64,000 nt of DNA from positions 28,561,550 to 28,625,549 of the forward strand of contig NC_092381.1 of NCBI RefSeq assembly GCF_030028105.1. Direction: 5' to 3'. This document shows, piece by piece, positions 1 through 12,400 of this stretch. The position numbers and the translations under genes are program-made. This DNA is from Mobula birostris (taxonomy: Eukaryota). The notes beneath the pieces were generated by a model. It had not been told where the DNA came from. It saw only the letters and a list, made by a program, of their open reading frames with translations, and made no database searches. Position 1 is the first letter of the stretch. Each line of letters starts with the position of its first letter.

Positions 1-268
1 ATAAAGCACACTCCACTTGGCATGGTCCCAGACTCAGACTGAAATGTGGAGCTGTTCTTTGTGGATTCACCGCCCCCCCCCCCCCCTTAGAAACTATGTA
101 CTTATGACTTGCCTTCAGGTATTATGTGATAATGAATATTTATCATGGGAAAAATAGCATTAGACTTTAATGCTGTGCTGTTTTCAGCCATATAAGAACT
201 TAGATATTGAACTTTCTGAAATGTTTCTAGTAAAAACGGTTGAATTTGTATGCTTACTTTACATATAG

Positions 269-408
269 GTACTTTACATATGATTTTGAAGACATGCCTA
301 TAGAAGAGGAAGAGTTGATGATGCATCAGCCAGAAAAGGCGGTGTATTTCATGGCCCACAATGGCTGGGTGATGGGCGATGACCCTTTAAGAAACTTTGC
401 AGAGCCAG
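269..408 (+). CDS. AGL: AGL exon (140 nt) YFTYDFED...[20 protein letters not shown]
   Basis: acatatag|gtac acceptor, ccag|gtgaat donor; conserved AHNGWV motif. Confidence 0.95.
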
Positions 409-3400
409 GTGAATTAATTATATTTGCGTCAAGATGGAAAATTGTAATGAAAGATGAAGCAATTGGGGTAAAGTGGTATAAACCAGTAGACCATCTGGTC
501 ACAGAGTAAACATGCTCCAGGAGTGATGTTTAGTCTGTTTTGGTTTGAATCTGTGTGTCACCATCAATTGTTTAGTAAATTGCTCCAAATTCTGGCTTTA
601 ATTTCTGTGCAGTGGAGAACCGTTGGTCAGGATTTCTCTCAGCTCAAGGTCTCGGTGTTGTCCCTGACTCCTTTTATAAATGACAAGCTGCTATACCTAA
701 TGTTGTTTGGATTATTATGCTTTTGTTTTTACTTCTATACATTAGGCTTTTATAATGCTCATTGTAAACGAAATAGAAATCTAAATTAAATTCATAAATA
801 CTCCACGAATTAAGGTATTAAAATTATATCATTTAACTGAAGTTACTGAAAAGAATATACGCACTGTAAACATACACATTATATTTAATATAGTTCACAA
901 TGTTGCCAGTATTCCTGCACTGCACATCAATGGCTTGTTAGGTGCAGAGAGAATCTGTGCAACTATTGCAAACAAGAGAAAATCTGCAGCTGCTGGAAAT
1001 CCAAGCAACACACACAAAATGCTGGAGGAACTCAGCAGGCCAGGCAGCATTTATGGAAAAGAGTACAGTCAACATTTCAGACCGAAACCCTTCAGTAGGA
1101 CTGAAACGGCCCAGAACATTGACTGTACTCTTTTCCATAGATGCTGCCTGGGCTGTTGAGTTCCACCAGCATTTTCTGTGTGTTTCTTGTATAACTATTG
1201 GTTATCCTTATTGATTCATTTATAAATAGACATGCCAATCAGGCTGTTTAGATGCAAGATTAATTGTCTGTACCCACACTCACAAGGTTTCCCTAAATAG
1301 TCAATCATGAGTTAACATTTGCCAAGGATGCTTCTACATCTCGACTTAATCTTCACATCTCTGACATAAGATCATCCACTTCCGTGGTGATTGGTCTCCA
1401 GAGTTTTCACTTCTTCAAAATCTGAAATACTTTATTATTAGTCTCTTTCTCATCAGTTCTACACCCTTGTTTTTCAACTTTGAAGATTCCTTCTTACCAG
1501 GCTAGTCTATGCCACTCACCCTCCTCAATCTGGCTTAAGTTTGCAGGCAAAATTAGCTCATTGCTCTGCTCCCAAATGAGGACTCGAATCTGAGGTTGAT
1601 TCAAACCATTTCAGCCACGTCACATATTTACTGGGCTCAAGTTACTTCCATTTGCAGACATCTCGAGCCAATGACTAAGCTCAGGCAGACATGCTCTCTT
1701 CATAAAATCTACCTTTTCTGGCCAACAATATGTAGATAACGCACCTATGCAAAATACGTAAATTTACTTGATTTTGAAGTTGAAGTGTCTTAGAATACAC
1801 AATATTCCTTGTGTATATGTAACATTTTCCAAAATATATTTCTATTTCATAGAGGCATTTAATTCATTATTTTAGTGCCTTATGAAATTACTGGTAATAT
1901 TTAATGGAATCTCCAGCTGCACTAGAATGACACCTCCGGATAATTGATTATGGTATTTAAGATTTGATGTACCATTTGATGTAGTGCATCAGTAGCTGTT
2001 TTATGAGCCATTCTTCACTGATCCCAGACAATAAACGTAGAGTTTTAGATTGTTCCTTTGCAGTTCCCTGACCATTGTTACATGTTGGGAGTTTCCACAT
2101 TTGTCAAATTTAAAGGGAGTTTAAAAACCTGAATGTGCTGTTCACCATCTCCATACCCAGCCTCTGCCTTGGCATCACCAAAACTGTTGAAAGCAACACT
2201 TGATGATGTTAAGGCCATGACAATCCTGCTGTCTGAAAAGTCCATGACTATACTCTTCAACTTTTTTGTGACCAGTTATCACCTCACAAGTATGATGCAG
2301 TGTCCATTTAGTTGAGCTTTGCTATCTAATTCTTTTGGAAAATATTCACTGAGGAAGAAAACCAGTTAAATAAATAAATTAGAATGCATTTACTTTGTCG
2401 AGCAGGCCAATTTACATGAGACCAAAGATCTCTGAAGACCTAATAATGTGATGAGATCCTCTAAAGGTTGAATGCATTGAACCATGAAGCCTCCTATCTC
2501 AGAATTGTAAATGTTTTTACATTAGCTTGGCACAGCACATAGTGTAGTGGGCAGCACAACGCTATATGGTACCAGTGACCCAGATTCAGTTTCCACTGCT
2601 GCCCGTAATGAGATTGTATGTTCTTCCCATGACCACGGGGGTTTCCACCGGGCGCTCCAGTTTCCCCAGTTCAAAGATGTACCTGTGGGTAGGTTAATTG
2701 GACATTATAAATTGTCCCATGATTTGGCTAGGATTTAAAAAAAAAAGGGGCCTATTTATTTATTCTCAGTAAATAAATAAATACTTTGGCTTCTAATGTA
2801 AATACCATAAACGTTTTATTTGTTTACAAGGTGTTTGCAAATAATTCAAAATAGTAGCTATTATAAACATCTTGTATTGTACTGTCATAGGTTCTAATGT
2901 CTACCTAAGAAGAGAATTAATTTGTTGGGGTGACAGTGTTAAATTACGATATGGAAAGAAGCCAGAAGATTGCCCTTACCTTTGGGCTCACATGCAGAAG
3001 TACACAGAAATAACGGCCAAAATCTTCCATGGCGTGCGGTTAGACAACTGCCATTCAACACCAATACATGTTGCTGAGGTACAAATAAAGCATTCTCTTG
3101 TCTGTGACTATTGTTTATAACATGCTCTGAAATGTGTTGCAAGGTCACATTTAACGATGTTTCCAGTTTTAATTTGGGACATTTTTTCCAATTGTCTGTA
3201 AAATGCTGGGCCTATCTTCACTCAAATCTTTTGTAAATTGATGCATCATCCATAATTTCCATAATTCATACCCACCCACTCAGACAGGAGCCACCTCCAC
3301 ATCCCTACAATCTCGATTCTCCTATGGCCAGGACAAATTACAGTGGCCATTTAACTGACAACTCTCTCATCTTTGAGATGTTGGAGCAAACACCGGTACC

Positions 3401-6400
3401 AAAGGGTGGTCTTTGGAGCTTGGAAACAGCATCCTGGTAAGGCTAGAACACTATTGTCTTCATGGTGCCATCTTATCTAATCCATTTGCCTTCTGTGATT
3501 TCCATGAAGCATGCTTCTCGAGGTTCTTTTTGTCTTTGACTGCGCACATATCACTTGTGGTGAGGGCCTTGAGGAAAGACCCAACATTAATTTACATGTA
3601 ACTAAAGAAATCTGGATTCTGGACCCCATTTGAGAGATTTATCCTCTATTAGCAACTGGTGCTAAAATAAGTCATGTCTCAATTTTGTAAGGCTAAACTT
3701 TTACAAATGGGCAAAATGTCCAGGAGTCAAGATTTGGATTATTGTGGCTGAAGTTTTTATATAGTTTTGTAGCCAAAAGTTCAATAGGTCTGCTTTAAGG
3801 ATGCTTCTTCCAAGTAACTACTTTAAGCCAATTATACAGTACATGAGTCGAGTCAAGTCACTTTTATTGTAATTTCGACCATAACTGCTGGTACAGTACA
3901 CAGTAAAAATGAGACAGCGTTTTTCAGGACCATGGTGCTACATGAACAATACAAAAACTACACTGAACTACATTAAAACAACACAAAACTACACTAGACT
4001 ACAGACCTACCCAGGACTGCATAAGGTGCACAAGACAATATGCACAGTAGAGGGCAGTAGGTTGGTGTCAGTCCAGGCTCTGGGTATTGAGGAGTCTGAT
4101 GACTTGGGGGAAGAAACTGTTACATAGTCTGGTCGTGAGAGCCCGAATACTTCGGTGCCTTTTGCCAGATGGCAGGAGGGAGAAGAGTTTGTATGAGGGA
4201 TGCATGGGGGTCCTTCATAATGCTGTTTGCTTTACGGATGCAGCGTGTGGTGTAAGTGTCTGTAATGGCAGGAAGAGAGACCCCGATGATCTCAGTTGAC
4301 CTCACTATCCGCTGCAGGGTCTTGCGATCCGAGATGGTGCAATTTCCAAACTAGGCAGTGATGCAGCTGCTCAGGATGCTCTCAATGCAACCTCTGTAGA
4401 ATATGGTGAGGATGGGGGTGGGAGATAGACTTTTCTCCGGCTTTGCAGAAAGTAGAGGCGCTGCTGGGCTTTCTTTGCTATGGAGCTGGTGTTGAGGGAC
4501 CAGGTGAGATTCTCCGCCAGGTGAATTTGGTGTTCTTAATGATCTCTACGGAGGAGTTGTCGATGTTCAGCAGAGAGTGATCATAATGTGTCCTCCTGAA
4601 GTCAACAGCCATCTCTTTTGTTCTCATTCAGAGACAGGTTTTTTGCTCTGCGCCAGTCCATTAGCTGCTGCACCTCCTCTCTGTATGCTGACTCATTGTT
4701 CTTGCTGATGAGACCCACCATGGTTGTGTCATTGGCGAACGATGATGTGGTTCGAGCTGTGTTGCAGCACAGTCGTGGGTCAGCAGAGTGAACAACAGTG
4801 GACTGAGCACACAGCCCTGGGGTGGCGGGGGTGGGGGGGGGGGCATCTTCAGTGTGATGGAGTTGGAGATGCTGCTTCTAATCCAGACTGACTGGGGTCT
4901 CCCAGTCAGGAAGTCTAGGATCCAGTTGCAGAGGGAGGTGTTCAGGCCCAGTCGGTCCAGCTTTCCAATCAGTTTCTGAGGAATGATTGTGTTGAATGCT
5001 GAACTAAAGTCTATGAACAGCATTCGAACGTATGTGTCTCTTTTGTCCGGGTGGGTTAGGGCCAGGTGGAGGGTGACGGCAATTGCGTCGTCTTTTGAAC
5101 AGTTGGGACGATACACGAACTGCAGGGGGTCCAGTGAGGGGAGCAGCAGGGTCTTGATGTGCCTCATGACGAGCCTCTCGAAACACTTCATGATGATGGA
5201 GTGATTTCCATTTCAGGAATTGTAATGAATCCTTGGCTAACTGACTAGTGCTACTCAATTAATCCAATGTTTATATCTGTGTCTCATTCAAAAGAAATTA
5301 ATATTCTATTTATGAATTATTTTGCAGGTAAAATGACAGTCTTTAACATTGTTCTACCAGAGCTACAGTTGTGCTCCAATTTGCATTGCCATATTACGTT
5401 GTACAAACATTTAGTTGATAAGTACAGGGAATAGAAAATTGCTATAAATAGTAATTGAAGTTTATGTTTAGTTTTATGTATGTAGCAAATTGGGACTTTT
5501 TTGAATATCTCTTTTAAGGGGACAGTAGGTTCAAATCACGGTTTAATTCCATTGTAAAGTGCTGTTTTTGTGAAGGAAAGGAAGGTAAAATGGAAACAAA
5601 AATATGTGTATTAATTACTATCCATGTAAATGAAGTTCTGAAGCTTACTAACCAATTCTTTTCAATTTGACAGGTAATATAATGAAGTCAGCCTGGTTTG
5701 AGCCTTCATTTTAATCAAATTTATTGCTTTTTAGAGAATTGAATTTGTTGCATTTTTTTTAAATGTTAAGAATACTTTAAATTAAAAGGCTAAACTGAAA
5801 TTCTTTACTGCAATGAAGTATGTGACATTACTTTTTTTAAAGCTACCAGTCTACAGTTAGGCAGGCTTTTACATTTTCTTATATCCTGGCCAATGACACC
5901 ATGCTTTAATTTTAGAATATATTTAAAAACATGTTTTTGCAAATAAGTTACTATCTGCCAGAAATATTGACTTAATTACTTGGACAAACACATACTCTAC
6001 AGAAACAGAGATATAATCCTTGCCAGTTATTTGGGATTTATTGTTTCTTTGTACGTAAATGTGAGTTAAGGAAGTATTGAATACCTTTTAAAGAATACAT
6101 ACTGGAAATCTTTTTCCATCAATTTTCTGACATGCAAATTCTACTTTTATATGGTGGGAATTATTTAATCATGTTTATTAATTGAATCTGCTAAACCTAA
6201 TACATTGATTTTTATTTTGTATTTTTCTTCCAACAACTCACTAACTTGGCAAAAAAATCACTTATTTTCTATTTTGCTAAGAATTTTGTTTCCTTGCATT
6301 ACTTCATTTTGATCTCGCTTTTTGCCCAGTAGATATTTTTTGTCTACTTTCCTATTTTATCTCTCTTTCTTGGTTCTTGTTTATTTTATTGCAGTACATG

Positions 6401-9400
6401 CTGGACACTGCTAGAAGACTGAGACCTAATTTGTATGTCGTGGCAGAATTGTTCACTGGAAGTGAAGAGATGGATAATGTCTTTGTGACCAGATTGGGCA
6501 TAAGCTCTTTAATACGAGGTAAGCATGTTGGCTTTATCAGCACATTGTTCTACTATAGCCAGTGTAGTGTGTCTGAATTGTGTTGTGCATTTGATATGAA
6601 AAATATTATTGCTAACAGAATCACAGGGTGGCATGGTTCAAAGTTTAAAATTATTATCAAAGTACAGATATGTCACCATGCACAACCCTGCAAATCGTTT
6701 TCTTGCAGGCATGCTCGATAAATCTATTGAATAATAACCATAACAGAATCATTGAAAGGTCACACCAAATTGGGTGTTCAATCAGTGCAAACTGTACAAC
6801 AAACTATACAAATACAAAAAATAAATAATAAATAAGCAATAAATATGGAGAACATGCGATGAAGAGTCGTTGAAAGTAAGTCCATAGGTTGTAGTGGGGC
6901 GAGTGAAGTTGTCCTCTTTGGTTCAGGGGCCTGATAGTTGAGGGGTTAAAACTGTTCCTGAACCTGGGGGTGAATCCTGTGGCTTTTGTACCTTCGTCCT
7001 GATGGCAGCAGTGAGAAGAGAGCATGTCCTGGGTAGTGGGGCGGGAGGGGGGGCGTCCCTGATGATAGAAGCTGCTTTCCTGTGACAGCGTTTTATGTAG
7101 ATGTGCTCAATGGTGGGGAAGGCTTTACCTGTGATGGACTGGGCCATATCCACTACTTTTTGTAGGATTTTCTGTTCACGATAGTGTAGAAGTTAGCATA
7201 ACACTCTTACAGCAACAGTGGCCTGGGTTCAATTCTCACCACTGCCTGTAAGGAGTCTGAATGTTCTCCCGGTGACCGTGTGGATTTTCTACGGGTGCTG
7301 TGGTTTCTTCTCACATTCCAAAGATGTAAGAGTTAGTAGGTTAATTGCCCACAAGGGTGTAATTGGGTGGCACAGGTTTATCTGACCTTCCTGCGCTGTA
7401 TCTCTAAATTAAAAATTAACCAAGGTGGGTAAAAATAATAGTACTACTATACACAACCACCTGTTAACTATTTCTGAATATTTTGTTTAATGTTTGGATT
7501 AAGCTGCATATCAACATATTGGTTTTTGTATGCGATCAGTTATGACGTGCTGCACACAAAATGCTGGAGGAGCTCAACAAGTCGGACAGCATCTAGTATT
7601 TTATGTGTGTTAGTCAAGATTCCCAGCATATGCAGAGTCTCATGTGTTCATGACATTTTGCACATAGGGTCGAGAACAAGTGGGTGATCCTAATCAGAGT
7701 GTAGGAGTATAGTCAAACCAAAGTGGGGTAAGGGTGATATATAGAATAGATAACAAAATGGTTTGGGTGGAAGTGTAGGAAGAAAGGAGGAACAGGACCA
7801 TAAGACATAGGAAAAGAATTAGGCCATCTGGCCCATCAAGTCTGCTCCGCCATTCAATCATGGCCGATCCTTTTTATTTCTCCTCCTCAACCCCAGTTCC
7901 CGGCCTTCTCCCCTTAACCTTTGATGAATATGATTATATAATTGTATTTGAGGAAGATGATAGATGGACAAAAGCACTTTGGATTGCACCCTGATTTGGA
8001 CATGTGAGAGCACTGTGAAAATAGCATAAGCAGCACATTGCCTGATATCCTACCCATTAAGCTGCGTCAACGGGCAAATTCTGCTTCACCTAAGGCAGAG
8101 TCTGCAGTTGCCACATTGCCCTCAATAGTCACCTCAAAACCCACAGAACTGGAGAGATTCTGCAGATACTGGAAATCTTGGGGCAACACCTACAAAATGC
8201 TGGAGGAACTCAGCCAGTCAGGCAGCACCTGTGGAGGAGAATAAACAGTTCATGTTTCATCAGGATGACCTTTCATTCTGATGGAGGTCTAGAGGGCCCA
8301 GAATGAATTCCGCTCAATGGCAACCACCTATCAGGGCATTCATGGATGACCTCACAGTCACCACAGAATCAGTCCCAGGCTGCCAGAGGATTCTGCAAGG
8401 GCTCGAAAAACTGGTGGAGTGGGCCCGGATACGTTTCAAACCCGCCAAATCAAGATCAATGGTGCTGAGGAAAGGGAAGGTGAAGAACAAATTCTGGTTC
8501 AGCATCGCAGGCACAGCCATCCCAACCATCACAGAAAAGCCAGTCAAGAGCTTAGGCAAAGTTTTTGACAGCTCTTTAAGGGACACAACATCCATTCAGG
8601 CAACCTGCACCAAGTTGGATGGCTGGCTGAAATCTGTGGACAAGTCTGGCCTACCTGGGAAGTTTAAAGCCTGGGTGTATCAGCATCGCATTCTTCCCAG
8701 AATCCTGTGGCCCCTCCTTGTCTATGCAGTTCCGATCTCGACAGTCGAAACCTTAGAGAGGAGGGTTAGCAACCACCTCAGGAGATGGCTGGGGCTGCCA
8801 AAGAGCCTGAGCAGCATCGCACTCTGTGGACACCACAACAAACTGCAACTGCCCTTCAAATCCTTGGAGGAAGAATTCAACGTAACAAGAGCCAGAGAAG
8901 TGCTGCAGTATAGGGACTCAAGTGACCCAAAGGTGGCTAGAGCAGGGATCCAAGTAAGTACTGGCAGGAAGTGGAGGGCAGAGGAAGCTGTTCAGGAGGC
9001 AGAGGCGAGGCTGCATCACAGGAGGCTGGTGGGAGTGGTCACACGAGGCCGAGCTGGGCTAGGATCCTTTCCAACTCCCCAAATGGACACCAGAGGGAAG
9101 GAAAGGCGTCATCTAGTTCAGGAGGAGGTGAGAGCAGTAGTGGAGGAGACGAGAGCCTGCAAGGCGGTGGGAATGAAGCAACAGGGAGCTTGGACAAGAT
9201 GGGAGAATGTGGTTGGGAGGAAAGTGACCTGGGCTGATCTTTGGAAAGCCGAACCACACCGCATCCAATTTCTCATCCAGGCAGTGTACGATGTGCTTCC
9301 AAGCCCATCAAACCTGCTGCACACATGGGGCAAGGCAGAGTCATCTGCGTGCCCACTGTGCTCCAAGCGAGAAACCCTGGAGCACATCCTCAGCGGCTGC

Positions 9401-12400
9401 GCTAGGGCACTTGGTGAGGGACGGTACAGGTGGAGGCATGATCAGGTCCTGAAGATCATCGCTGAAGCCGTCAGCGCAGGAGTTGAGTGGGCGAAGCGGT
9501 CCTGACCCTCCAACCAGACCATTACCTTTGTCAGAGCTGGGGAGCAGCCAATACCTGTCAAAAGAACATCTACAGGCATTCTGACCTCTGCAAGGGACTG
9601 GCAGCTGTTGGTGGACCTCGAAGGGCAGCTGAAGTTCCCCAACCATATCGCAGCCACCACCCTGCGACCAGACATGGTCCTAGTGTCTGAATCGACTAAG
9701 CAAGTGGTGCTGCTGGAGCTGGCAGTCCCATGGGAAGATAGCTTGGAAGAGCCTTTGAAAGGAAGCTCTCTAAGTTGGCAGGACTGGTCAGCAACTGTCA
9801 GCAGGCTGGATGGAGAGCGAGGTGTCTCCCAGTGGAGGTTGGTTGTAGAGGATTCGTAGCCCATTCTTTAGTTAGAGCCTTCAGCATTTTGGGCATCGAG
9901 GGAGAGAGGAATAGGAGAGCCATCCGCAGTACCACCGATGTGGCAAAGAGGACCTCAAGATGGCTGTGGCTCAAAAGAGGGGAGCCATGGAGTCATAAGT
10001 AGCTAGCCATCTGGACACAAGCTGGGGTCTGATCAGCCCCGACTGGGTCACCTGGAGGAGGTTGTATGATGTTGAAAGACCCGAAACACCCGATGATTCC
10101 AGGAACATCTCTGAAGATGTGTCCAGAAGCATCAATAGATGTATGTACACAACGGCATTTTGTATGTGTTGAACTAACGTGTATTCTGAGGTGACTAAGC
10201 TGGAGGACCAACCATTGAAATATTTAGATGCTGGGGAGGAAATGAATTCTGAAAAGTGCTCATAATCATGCAAAGGAATCTACCCAAACAGGGCGCTGAG
10301 TGAGTTATTGAAAATTTTACAAATTAATTTCACTATCTTGTGATTAAAATAATGAGAAGTTAGCTAGTGCTGAGACAATCTGCCATTTAAAAAAAAACAA
10401 ATATTGCTCAAGGAAGACATTATTTCACTGAAGTGGGTTAGTTGGATTTTTGATCTCAGTTTAGTTGGATGCTAATGCAACCTTTGTGTCATATAAATCT
10501 AAAAAAATAAATGTTCTTCGGTGCATCTTTTTGAATTGCTTCTGAGTATCCTGTGTCTCAATGCATTGCCACCACTAACTAAACTTCTCCTTTGGCTGAG
10601 TTATGGAAAATATGCAAGTGCTTTTTCACTGTGATTGTGGAGGAACTTACCAGCAGGAGTAAGTCCCTGAGACCTTACTGGCTGGCAGGTTGAATTCAGA
10701 ATCCAACTTTACAGCATTCTGCAAAAACTGACTAGCTATAGTTCCAGTTGATACCTCCTCCAGAGTTTGTGGGTTAAAAAAAATAGGATGCCAGCACACA
10801 ATCTGCATACTAGTTCAACATAAATTGTGAGCGTGCATCTGAACTACGCAGTTCTAATCTGTCAGTTGTTTCAGCTGACGGTTTTCAGTTGCTGTAACGC
10901 ATTAACTTAGAGTTAGCAATACAATGTTCTGGGTTGTATATTAAGATAGCAATACAATGTTCTGGGTTATATATTAAGATGGGAGATGCAGTTTGAAGGA
11001 AAAAATGTTATGAAATCTCATCTGATTTATTCATCCTGAAAAAAAAATTATATTCATTTACACCCCACTGCCTTTATTTTGGTATCAATAGCTATAAACA
11101 GAATGGAGGTTTCAATATTGAGGATGTGATTTAATAATTATTTAAATACCATAAGACCGGATAGTGATTAATGTTGTACCTTTGTTTAAGAAAGGCTACA
11201 AGGAGAAGCCAGGGAACCACCGGTCAATGAGCCTAATATCAGTGGTGGTAAAGTTACTGGAGGGCATGCTGAGGAACAGGATCTACCCCCATTTGGAAAA
11301 GCAGGAACTGATAAGGAATGAAGGGTCTCGGCCGGAAATGTTGACTGTTTATTCCTATCCATTGAAGCTGCCTGATCTGCTGAGCTCCTCCAGCTCATTG
11401 TGTGCATTGGGATAGATTTCCAGCATCTGTCTATTGATACGGGATAGTTAGTAAGGTCTTGTGCTAGGAAATTGTGCCTCAGTGCCAAGGAGGCTTGAGG
11501 AGGGCAGGGCAATGGAAGTTGCCTACATCGACTTTAGCAAAGTCTTTGACAAGGTCCCACATGGTAGGCTAGCCTGGAAGGTTAAGTGAGATCAAATGGG
11601 ATCTAGGGTGAACTAGTCTATTGGAAACAAAATTGGCTTTGTGGAAGGAGGGAGACAGTGGTAATAGAGGTCTGTTACACAGATTAGTAGTGTGTCTCAG
11701 ACTGGTGCTGGGTCTACAATTGTTTCTCATCTATACTAATGATGTGAATGATAATGTTGTTAACATGGTCAGAGAGTCTGTGGATAACACTAAAATTGGC
11801 GGTGCAGTGGACAATGAAATGCTAGGTCCTAAAGAGTAATGTAAAATAGAGAGACCCAGGGTACAGATGCACTGTTCCCTGCAAGTTGCAACATAGAAAG
11901 ATTGGTGAATTGGCATTTGGAACCCTGAGAACGAAGTTGAAATCCCAATGTTTATACAAGTTGTGAGTGATATTACTCTTGGAATATCTTACTCAGTTCT
12001 GGTTGCCCAGCTATAGAAAGGATGTTATTAAGCTGCAAAGGGTATAGAAAAGATTCATGAAGGTGTTACTGGGATTGGAGGGCCTTAGTCTTATGGAGAA
12101 GCTGGATTGGCTGAGACCTTTTTCCCCCCCTGAAATGTAGGAAGCTGAGAGGTGACCTTATAGAAGTATATAAAATCATGAGGAGCATAAATAACATGGA
12201 TGGTCACAGTCTTTTTCCCGCAGTAGGAAAGACAAAACTTACAGAGTAGAGGTTTCAGGTGAAAGGGGACAAACATAAAGGGAAACTGAGGGACACATTT
12301 TTCATACAGATGGTGGTTAGTGTACGCCAGAGGAAGCTGTAAAGGTGGATACCATTAAAGTAACATTCGGACAGGTGCATGGAGAGAAAGGGTTTTGAAG

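Noticed and set aside
2530-2600. tRNA genes at SINE heads
   Set aside because: Only degenerate A/B-box-like sequence attached to SINE bodies; no cloverleaf can be formed.
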